A stretch of 40,630 nucleotides of DNA from an uncultured Bacteroidales bacterium (lineage in GTDB: Bacteria; Bacteroidota; Bacteroidia; Bacteroidales; JALTDM01). The stretch spans positions 1 to 40,630 of the forward strand of contig CAZSHT010000001.1 of assembly GCA_964606715.1 (NCBI GenBank). The letters are read 5' to 3'. Both the position numbers and the translations under genes were made by a program. The notes below the pieces were generated by a model. It was not told where the DNA came from. It was given only the letters and a program-made list of their open reading frames with translations, and made no database searches. Below, piece after piece: positions 1 through 7,663 of the stretch. The number at the start of each line of letters is the position of its first letter. The stretch's first letter is position 1.

Positions 1-1147
1 AAAAAATAGTGGATAATCCTGCCAAAGTATTGAGTAATACAAAATCGAAACGGTCGGCAACAACAATGCTGACCAGAAAGATAAAAAACAAAAAGACAAA
101 CAAGGCCATATCTTCGTCATAAAATACACGAATGACAATAGGCAAGACGATGAACGGAACCAAATAAAGATTTATCAATTGTGTGCGTACTAATATAATG
201 GCAGCAAAGAAAAAAACAGAAATCAACAACAGAGATAAAAGATGTGGCGTAACAGAAGAGATATCGGTAAAATGGTTATTGATAAAGATATAAATCATCA
301 ATAAGACAATGAAGATTAAAATGGCATAGCCAATTGTCAGAAACCGATTTTTTTTCACCGAATCATTGGTTTGATATTCTTGTTTGAGCGATTCGATAGC
401 ATCGTATTTTTTATCTGAGACCAACTCTCCGTAGGAGATAATTCGCTCACCGCGTTGTATCATTCCGTTGGTTTTTATAACACCGGACAATGCATCTTTC
501 AGCATTTGTTTGTTGAAAGAGACATCGTAAACAATATTGGCTCGTATATTTTTCTTACTGTGAAAAAGCGTTGACAGTTGGCGAATCACTTCATTTTGTT
601 TTGGATATTTTTGAAGCATCTGCATTTCGATGTCCGATATCAATCGGCGAACTGATGTTACGGAACTGAGTGTGTCGAAGGGTTGTAAGATGGTGTATTT
701 GTCGTATAGCAGATACACCTGTTTTGTTTTTCTTGTTTTCAGCTTTTTAAAATCGTTATCCGACAAAACGCCCAAAGAATAGACAGAGTCAATGGCATTG
801 ATAAGATGCATAGCAACATCTCTTACAATTTGTTTTTGTGTAATATCATTTAAGGTGTCAAGCTCTATGGATTCAACATTTCTTAAAACATTGATAATTT
901 CTTTGTTGCGGTTCTCATTGTAATGCAGATACGGTTTGAACGACCGACGGATAGAATCTGTTTTTGCCTTATAAATTTCATCAGACACATAAACAGGAAA
1001 ATCAAAAGGAGCAAATAAACTTGGATGATTCCATGGTTTTCCTTTTTGAAATTCGTAACGAAATTTTTGTGTCTTAGGGATAGACCAAAAGATGGCAATT
1101 GCCAATATAAGATATAGAATGGGAATAATGACTTTTTTCAAATTCAT
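1..1147 (-). CDS. 7TM-receptor / HDIG-family membrane phosphohydrolase (PgpH/YqfF-like), N-terminal part; the 3' end runs off the window
   Basis: Absent from the ORF track because it is open-ended. My own translation from the ATG (complement of 1145-1147) gives MNLKKVIIPILYLILAIAIFWSIPKTQKFRYEFQKGKPWNHPSLFAPFDFPVYVSDEIYKAK..., and the frame stays open down to base 2. It has one N-terminal TM helix, a roughly 270-aa extracytoplasmic region, then consecutive hydrophobic helices (FLTIGYAILIFIVLLMIYIF, LLSLLLISVFFFAAIILV, LVPFIVLPIVIRVFY, LFVFLFFIFLVSIVVA), as in 7TMR-DISMED2 plus 7TMR-HDED proteins. The HD domain itself would lie outside the window, so the call rests on architecture and remembered N-terminal similarity. 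Confidence 0.65.
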   Translation of the reverse strand, partial: MNLKKVIIPILYLILAIAIFWSIPKTQKFRYEFQKGKPWNHPSLFAPFDFPVYVSDEIYKAKTDSIRRSFKPYLHYNENRNKEIINVLRNVESIELDTLNDITQKQIVRDVAMHLINAIDSVYSLGVLSDNDFKKLKTRKTKQVYLLYDKYTILQPFDTLSSVTSVRRLISDIEMQMLQKYPKQNEVIRQLSTLFHSKKNIRANIVYDVSFNKQMLKDALSGVIKTNGMIQRGERIISYGELVSDKKYDAIESLKQEYQTNDSVKKNRFLTIGYAILIFIVLLMIYIFINNHFTDISSVTPHLLSLLLISVFFFAAIILVRTQLINLYLVPFIVLPIVIRVFYDEDMALFVFLFFIFLVSIVVADRFDFVLLNTLAGLSTIF

Positions 1148-1174
1148 ATCAGAGCCGGAATAATAAATCTTTTA

Positions 1175-1182
1175 CAAACCTA
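1175..1182 (-). promoter_or_regulatory. Bacteroidota -7 promoter box TAnnTTTG (TAGGTTTG on the minus strand) for the HDIG-family gene
   Basis: The plus strand reads caaaccta, whose reverse complement TAGGTTTG is an exact match to TAnnTTTG. It lies 28 nt upstream of the ATG at 1147. Confidence 0.4.
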
Positions 1183-1363
1183 AATCTTTTCATCGTAAAT
1201 GGATAAATAAAAGGCTATAAATTTTGAATATTATCTGTTGAGAAGATGATTAGAGAATCAATTCCACGAAAAATCTGAATATTTTGTTTGTAAAACATAA
1301 AATGAATAAACTATTTGCAGTATTTTTATCCGAATTTTTAATTTTTGAAAAAACAATAGATCT

Positions 1364-4300
1364 ATGAATAAACAAAAGGAATTTATCACATGTGATGGAA
1401 ACCAAGCTGCCGCACACATTGCGTATATGTTTAGCGAAGTAGCTGCCATCTACCCCATTACGCCGTCTTCGACGATGGCAGAGTATGTTGACGAATGGTC
1501 GGCAAACGGTCGAAAAAATATCTTCGGAGACGAAGTCAATGTTATTGAAATGCAATCGGAAGCGGGAGCTTCGGGTGCTGTCCACGGAGCCTTACAATCC
1601 GGTGCATTGACATCAACTTTTACCGCTTCACAGGGATTGTTATTGATGATTCCCAATATGTATAAAATTGCCGGTGAATTGTTGCCGGGAGTATTTCATG
1701 TTAGTGCACGATCGGTAGCCGCTCATGCGTTGTCTATTTTTGGCGACCATAGTGATGTATATGCTACTCGTCAAACGGGATTTGCCATGTTGGCCAGTGG
1801 TGGTATTCAAGAAATTATGGATTTAGCTGCCATCGCTCATCTTACCGCAATCAAAAGTAGAGTCCCTTTCTTGCATTTCTTCGACGGGTTCCGTTCTTCT
1901 CATGAAATACAAAAAGTAGAAGCTCCTAATCAAGATGCTTTAGCTGCATTGGTAGATCAAGATGCTTTGCAACGCTATCGTGATAACGCATTAAATTCGG
2001 AACATCCTGTTACTCGCGGAACAGCACAAAATCCCGATGTATTTTTCCAAGCCAAAGAATCGGTCAATCCGTTCTATGATGCATTGCCTGATATGGTAGA
2101 AGAATATATGCAAGAAATTTCAAAATTGACAGGTCGTGAATACCATCCGTTTACTTATTATGGTGATGAAAATGCTGAACATATTGTTGTGGCAATGGGT
2201 TCGGTTACAGAAACCATCAAAGAAACAATCGATTACCTGACAAGCAAAGGCGAAAAAGTAGGATTGATATCTGTTCATCTATATCGTCCGTTCTCATTGA
2301 AATATTTCTTCAAAGTAATGCCAAAAACAGTAAAACGCATTGCTGTGCTGGATAGAACAAAAGAATTGGGTGCCAATGGTGATCCGTTATATTTGGATAT
2401 TCGTGATGCATTCTACGAAAAAGAAGATAAACCGTTAATCATCGGTGGTCGCTACGGACTAAGTTCAAAAGATACGACACCTGCACAAATTATAGCCGTA
2501 TTTGAAAACCTAAAACAAAACGAACCGAAAAATCAATTTACGGTAGGAATTGTTGATGATGTTACATTCCGTTCATTACCATTGTTGCCCGAAATAGATT
2601 TGGCATCGGAAGGAACCTATTCTTGTAAATTTTATGGTTTGGGTTCTGACGGAACCGTTGGTGCCAACAAAAATTCCATTAAAATTATTGGAGATAATAC
2701 CGATAAATATGCACAAGCTTATTTTTCTTATGACTCCAAAAAATCAGGCGGTATCACCATTTCTCACTTGCGTTTTGGAGACAACCCCATTCGTTCTACC
2801 TATTTGGTAAATACACCTGATTTCGTTGCTTGTCATGTGCCGGCTTATTTGCTGAAATATGATATGCTGAAAGGATTGAAAAAAGGCGGTGTGTTCTTGC
2901 TCAATTCTATTTGGGACGAAGAAGAAACCAAACGCCGTTTACCTGACTCTTTCAAGAAATATATTGCCGAAAACGATATTCAATTCTACATTATCAATGC
3001 TACACAGATAGCCAAAGAAATAGGATTGGGAAATCGCACTAACACCATTATGCAATCGGCATTCTTTAAAATAGCCAATATTATTCCTTACGAAGAAGCT
3101 GTAGAGCATATGAAAAAAGCCATTAAGAAATCATTTGGCAAGAAAGGTGATAATATTGTAAATATGAATTATGCTGCTGTCGACAGAGGTGGTGAACTGA
3201 CCAAAATCACTGTTCCTGCCGAATGGAAAACCATTCAATCAGCTGAATTTACGCCCGAATATCCGGTAAGTCTCGACAAAGTTCCGGAATTTGTGAAGAA
3301 TGTCGTGAATCCTATCAATTATCTCAAAGGAGACGATTTGCCAGTTAGTGCTTTTGTAGGTCGTGAAGATGGAACATTTCCTGCCGGAACGGCTCAATAT
3401 GAAAAACGCGGAGTAGCGGTTTCTGTGCCGGAATGGGATGTCGATACTTGTATCGAATGTAATTTATGTGCTTTTGTTTGTCCTCATGCTTGTATTCGTC
3501 CGTTCTTATTAGACGATGAAGAAGTGAAGAATGCACCGGAAGGAACACTCACAAAACCGGCTAAACCCGAAAAACAATTTGGCGGTTTACAATATCGTAT
3601 TCAGGTAGATACACTTGATTGTACCGGTTGTGAAAACTGTGTAAATGTTTGTCCTTCCAATTCGCTCACAATGAAACCTCTCGACACTCAAATGGCAGAA
3701 GTCGCACGATGGGATTATTTGCACGAGGAAGTGGGGTATAAAGAAACCGTTGTCGACACAACGAAAAATGTGAAGAATGCTCAATTTGCTCAACCTTTGT
3801 TTGAGTTCTCCGGAGCATGTGCCGGTTGTGGTGAAACGCCATATATTACCAATATCACACAACTTTTTGGTGAGCAAATGATAATTGCCAATGCCACAGG
3901 TTGTTCTTCCATCTATGGCGGTTCGGCACCATCGATGCCATATACCACTCACTCAAAAACAGGAAGAGGACCGGCATGGGCCAATTCATTGTTTGAAGAC
4001 AATGCCGAATATGGTTTTGGTATGGCTATCGGAATTGAAAAATTGAGAAGTCGTATCGGAGAAAAATTAGAAAGTATTGCCGACTCATTGAAACCTGAGA
4101 CACAAACTGCTTTTGCCGAATGGAAAGCAACTTTCAAGGACACAATTAAAAATGATGAACCTACTCAAAAACTGATTGCTGCCCTTAAAACAGAATCTAA
4201 TCCGGTGGCCAAAGAAATACTTTCATTGGAACAATACATTGGAAAAAAATCAATGTGGATTATCGGTGGTGACGGCTGGGCTTACGATATTGGTTACGGT

Positions 4301-4918
4301 GGATTGGATCATGTCATTGCAAATGATTACAATGTGAATCTATTGGTATTGGATACAGAAGTCTATTCCAATACCGGCGGACAAGCTTCCAAAGCATCAC
4401 AAACGGGACAAGTAGCTAAATTTGCCGCTTCCGGAAAATCTATTCGTAAAAAATCATTAGCCGCTTTGGCAATGACTTACGGACATGTCTATGTGGCACA
4501 AGTGGCTATGGGAGCCAATTCCAATCAGTTCTTCAAAGTGATGAAAGAAGCCGAAGCCTATGACGGACCTTCTATTATCATAGCGTATTCACCTTGTATT
4601 GCCCACGGCATCAAATCGGGAATGGGACACGCACAAGAAGAAGAAAAATTTGCCGTAGAAGTAGGATATTGGAATTTATTCCGGTATAATCCGGCATTGG
4701 AAGCCGAAGGTAAAACACCGTTTATCCTCGATTCAAAAGAACCCGATTGGGATCGTTATCAAGATTTCCTCAAAAATGAAATTCGTTACACCCAATTGTT
4801 GAAATCGTTCCCGGAACGCGCCGAGATATTATTCAAACAAGCTCTTGAAGATGCCAAATGGCGTTGGAAATATCTCAAACGCATGGAAGCTGCCTACACG
4901 GTAGAAGTCGATGCTTAA
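1364..4918 (+). CDS. nifJ: pyruvate:ferredoxin (flavodoxin) oxidoreductase, single-polypeptide PFOR
   Basis: 1184 aa. Two 4Fe-4S ferredoxin motifs (CIECNLCAFVCPHACI and CTGCENCVNVCPSNSL), the TPP-binding motif GGDGWAYDIGYGGLDH, and the N-terminus CDGNQAAAHIAYMFSEVAAIYPITPSS typical of NifJ/PorA-type PFOR. ATG start, TAA stop. Confidence 0.96.
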   Translation: MNKQKEFITCDGNQAAAHIAYMFSEVAAIYPITPSSTMAEYVDEWSANGRKNIFGDEVNVIEMQSEAGASGAVHGALQSGALTSTFTASQGLLLMIPNMYKIAGELLPGVFHVSARSVAAHALSIFGDHSDVYATRQTGFAMLASGGIQEIMDLAAIAHLTAIKSRVPFLHFFDGFRSSHEIQKVEAPNQDALAALVDQDALQRYRDNALNSEHPVTRGTAQNPDVFFQAKESVNPFYDALPDMVEEYMQEISKLTGREYHPFTYYGDENAEHIVVAMGSVTETIKETIDYLTSKGEKVGLISVHLYRPFSLKYFFKVMPKTVKRIAVLDRTKELGANGDPLYLDIRDAFYEKEDKPLIIGGRYGLSSKDTTPAQIIAVFENLKQNEPKNQFTVGIVDDVTFRSLPLLPEIDLASEGTYSCKFYGLGSDGTVGANKNSIKIIGDNTDKYAQAYFSYDSKKSGGITISHLRFGDNPIRSTYLVNTPDFVACHVPAYLLKYDMLKGLKKGGVFLLNSIWDEEETKRRLPDSFKKYIAENDIQFYIINATQIAKEIGLGNRTNTIMQSAFFKIANIIPYEEAVEHMKKAIKKSFGKKGDNIVNMNYAAVDRGGELTKITVPAEWKTIQSAEFTPEYPVSLDKVPEFVKNVVNPINYLKGDDLPVSAFVGREDGTFPAGTAQYEKRGVAVSVPEWDVDTCIECNLCAFVCPHACIRPFLLDDEEVKNAPEGTLTKPAKPEKQFGGLQYRIQVDTLDCTGCENCVNVCPSNSLTMKPLDTQMAEVARWDYLHEEVGYKETVVDTTKNVKNAQFAQPLFEFSGACAGCGETPYITNITQLFGEQMIIANATGCSSIYGGSAPSMPYTTHSKTGRGPAWANSLFEDNAEYGFGMAIGIEKLRSRIGEKLESIADSLKPETQTAFAEWKATFKDTIKNDEPTQKLIAALKTESNPVAKEILSLEQYIGKKSMWIIGGDGWAYDIGYGGLDHVIANDYNVNLLVLDTEVYSNTGGQASKASQTGQVAKFAASGKSIRKKSLAALAMTYGHVYVAQVAMGANSNQFFKVMKEAEAYDGPSIIIAYSPCIAHGIKSGMGHAQEEEKFAVEVGYWNLFRYNPALEAEGKTPFILDSKEPDWDRYQDFLKNEIRYTQLLKSFPERAEILFKQALEDAKWRWKYLKRMEAAYTVEVDA

Positions 4919-4931
4919 AATGAAAAAAAGC

Positions 4932-4972
4932 AAGAAGAGACTCCTTAACTTTAGCGAGTCTCTTCTTTTTTG
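4932..4972 (+). terminator. rho-independent terminator after nifJ
   Basis: A perfect 12-bp stem, aagaagagactc (4932-4943) pairing with gagtctcttctt (4956-4967), a 12-nt loop, then a T-run (4968-4971). It lies 14 nt after the nifJ stop. Confidence 0.8.
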
Positions 4973-4998
4973 TTTAATTAAAAAAAACATAAAAGAAA

Positions 4999-7569
4999 AT
5001 GGACATAAAGAAAATTTTTGACGATTACAGACAACATGTCGAAAACCGAAAAAACCAAGGTATTCCCCCTTTGCCGTTGACGGTAGAGCAAACCGAAGCA
5101 TTGGTAGAATTATTGCAAAACCCACAAGATTTTGACACCAAAGAATTACTCTATTTATTTACCGAACGCATTGCTCCGGGTGTTGATCCTTCGGCAAAAG
5201 TAAAAGCCGATTTTTTGACAGCAATTATCAAAGGGCAAAAAACATCACCGCTTATCTCAAAAGAAGAGGCCGTAAAAATTTTGGGAACAATGTTAGGCGG
5301 ATACAATATTGATATCCTCATTGAAACATTAAAAGACGACACTTTGGCACCATTGGCACAAGAAGCTTTGGCCAATACGGTTTTAATTTATGATGCTTTT
5401 GACAAGGTTGTAGATTTGGAAAAAAGCGGAAACACCTATGCCAAAGCCTTAATAAAATCATGGGCTGACGGTGAATGGTTTACCAACAAAGAATCATTAC
5501 CCGAAAAAATATCACTGAAAGTTTTCAAAGTAGATGGTGAAATCAATACCGATGATTTTTCACCGGCAAGCGATGCTTGGAGTCGTCCTGATATTCCGCT
5601 ACACGCTTTGTCAATGGGAAAAATGCGTTTTGCCGGCGGACTGGAAGAAATTGCAAAATGGAGAGAAGAAGGTCATCAAGTAGCTTTTGTGGGTGATGTT
5701 GTGGGAACAGGTTCTTCGCGAAAATCAGCTACCAACAGTTTGTTGTGGCATATTGGTCAAGATATTCCTGCTGTGCCAAACAAACGCCGCGGTGGTGTTG
5801 TAATAGGCAGTGTAATAGCACCTATCTTTTTTAATACCGTAGAAGATTCGGGAGGATTTCCGTTTACTTGCGATGTAACGGGATTGAAACACGGAGCAGA
5901 AATCGTTGTAGATACAAAAGCAGGTAAAATCTTTGATGCTAATGGTGCTGAACTTACAAGTTTTGAAATCAATCCGGTAACCTTGGCGGATGAATTTCAA
6001 GCCGGTGGTCGTATCCCCTTAATCATAGGGAAAGCCCTTACCGACAGAGCACGAGAATATATGGGATTGCCAAAATCGGAAACTTTTGTGGAAGATGTAA
6101 ACCCGACACCTGCACCGGATCAAAAATATACGCTGGCCCAAAAAATTGTTGGGAAAGCTGTAGGACAACCGGGGGTATTGCCGGGGTCGGCCGTATTACC
6201 AAAGATGACAACCGTTTTGTCGCAAGACACAACAGGACCAATGACCGCTGATGAATTGACAGAGTTGGCTTGCCTGAAATTTCAATCTCCTTTCTTTTTA
6301 CAATCATTTTGTCACACAGCTGCTTATCCGAAGCCAACCGATGTGAAAATGCACAAAACATTGCCACAATTTATTACCGAACGAAAAGGGTTTGCCTTGA
6401 AACCCGGTGACGGTGTGGTACACAGCTGGACCAATCGTTTTCTATTGCCCGACACTGTAGGAACAGGTGGCGATTCTCATACGCGTTTCCCGATAGGCAT
6501 TTCGTTCCCTGCAGGTTCAGGTTTGGTAGCTTTTGCCGGTGCGTTAGGTTTTATGCCTCTTAATATGCCGGAATCGGTATTGGTGCGTTTTAGCGGAAAA
6601 CTAAATGAAGGAATTACTCTTCGTGATGCTGTTAATGCTATTCCTTATTGGGCCATTCAAAAAGGGCTGATGACCGTAGAAAAGAAAAACAAGAAAAATA
6701 TTTTCAATGGTCGTATTCTCGAAATAGAAGGATTGGAAGATTTGACGGTAGAACAAGCTTTTGAACTGTCTGACGCTTCTGCCGAAAGAAGTGCTGCCGC
6801 TTGTGCTATTCAGCTGAATGAAGCATCGGTTATCGATCATCTGAAATCGGGTATTGCATTGTTGAAACAACTGATTGCTGATGGTTACGAAGATGCCGAG
6901 ACCTTGCAAAACCGTATTAATGATATGGAAGAGTGGTTGAAAAATCCAAAACTTTTGCGAGCCGACAAAGGTGCTGAGTATGCCGCTGTCATAGAAATTG
7001 ATTTATCCGAAATAAAAGAACCCATCGTAGCTTGTCCGAATGATCCCGATGATGTAAAATTGTTGTCGGATGTTCAAGGTAATGTTATCAATGATGTGTT
7101 CATTGGTTCGTGTATGACCAATATCGGACATTTCCGTGCAGCAGCCAAGGTCTGGGAAGGTGAAAAACGAAATCCGAATGTACGATCATACATTGCTCCA
7201 CCAACTCGTATGGATCAAGCAAAGTTGAAAGAAGAAGGACAGTTTTCTATCTTTAACAGTATCGGTGTTCGCATTGAAATTCCGGGTTGTTCGTTATGTA
7301 TGGGAAACCAATTGAGAGTCCCCGACAAAGCAACGGTATTCTCAACTTCAACACGAAACTTTGACAATCGTATGGGTGACGGAGCACAAGTTTATTTGGG
7401 GTCTGCCGAATTAGCCGCAGTCGTAGCTCTCTTGGGTAAACTGCCTTCACCGGAAGAATATTTTACCTATTACAAAGAAAAAGTCGCTTCTCACAAATCG
7501 GAAATATATCATTATTTGCAATTTGATAAAGATACCGTAGGCGAAGTGTATAAGATAAGAGAACTATAA
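4999..7569 (+). CDS. acnB: aconitate hydratase B (bifunctional aconitate hydratase 2 / 2-methylisocitrate dehydratase)
   Basis: 856 aa. The N-terminal HEAT-like domain is collinear with what I remember of E. coli AcnB (YRQHVENRKNQGIPPLPLTVEQTEALVELLQNP..., FKVDGEINTDDFSPASDAWSRPDIPLHAL). Fe-S cluster cysteine motifs GSCMTNIGHF and IPGCSLCMGNQ are present. Confidence 0.93.
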   Translation: MDIKKIFDDYRQHVENRKNQGIPPLPLTVEQTEALVELLQNPQDFDTKELLYLFTERIAPGVDPSAKVKADFLTAIIKGQKTSPLISKEEAVKILGTMLGGYNIDILIETLKDDTLAPLAQEALANTVLIYDAFDKVVDLEKSGNTYAKALIKSWADGEWFTNKESLPEKISLKVFKVDGEINTDDFSPASDAWSRPDIPLHALSMGKMRFAGGLEEIAKWREEGHQVAFVGDVVGTGSSRKSATNSLLWHIGQDIPAVPNKRRGGVVIGSVIAPIFFNTVEDSGGFPFTCDVTGLKHGAEIVVDTKAGKIFDANGAELTSFEINPVTLADEFQAGGRIPLIIGKALTDRAREYMGLPKSETFVEDVNPTPAPDQKYTLAQKIVGKAVGQPGVLPGSAVLPKMTTVLSQDTTGPMTADELTELACLKFQSPFFLQSFCHTAAYPKPTDVKMHKTLPQFITERKGFALKPGDGVVHSWTNRFLLPDTVGTGGDSHTRFPIGISFPAGSGLVAFAGALGFMPLNMPESVLVRFSGKLNEGITLRDAVNAIPYWAIQKGLMTVEKKNKKNIFNGRILEIEGLEDLTVEQAFELSDASAERSAAACAIQLNEASVIDHLKSGIALLKQLIADGYEDAETLQNRINDMEEWLKNPKLLRADKGAEYAAVIEIDLSEIKEPIVACPNDPDDVKLLSDVQGNVINDVFIGSCMTNIGHFRAAAKVWEGEKRNPNVRSYIAPPTRMDQAKLKEEGQFSIFNSIGVRIEIPGCSLCMGNQLRVPDKATVFSTSTRNFDNRMGDGAQVYLGSAELAAVVALLGKLPSPEEYFTYYKEKVASHKSEIYHYLQFDKDTVGEVYKIREL

Positions 7570-7596
7570 AAGATTATATGGTTCGAAACTTTGAAT

Positions 7597-7627
7597 AAAA
7601 AAGTCCTCTGAGAAGAGGACTTTTTTT
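7597..7627. terminator. bidirectional rho-independent terminator between convergent acnB and the BNR/T9SS gene
   Basis: An 8-bp stem, agtcctct (7602-7609) pairing with agaggact (7614-7621), with a GAGA tetraloop. It is flanked by an A-run upstream and a T7 run downstream, so it reads as hairpin plus U-tract on both strands. Confidence 0.8.
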
Positions 7628-7663
7628 ATGGAATTGTAAATCCGGTCAATTATTGGACATTAT

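Noticed and set aside
883-1585. Track ORFs 883-1098, 1250-1585, 1258-1449 and 1450-1656 on the minus strand.
   Set aside because: The first is out of frame inside the open-ended HDIG-family CDS. The others overlap the nifJ 5' end and its promoter region and show no protein-like features.
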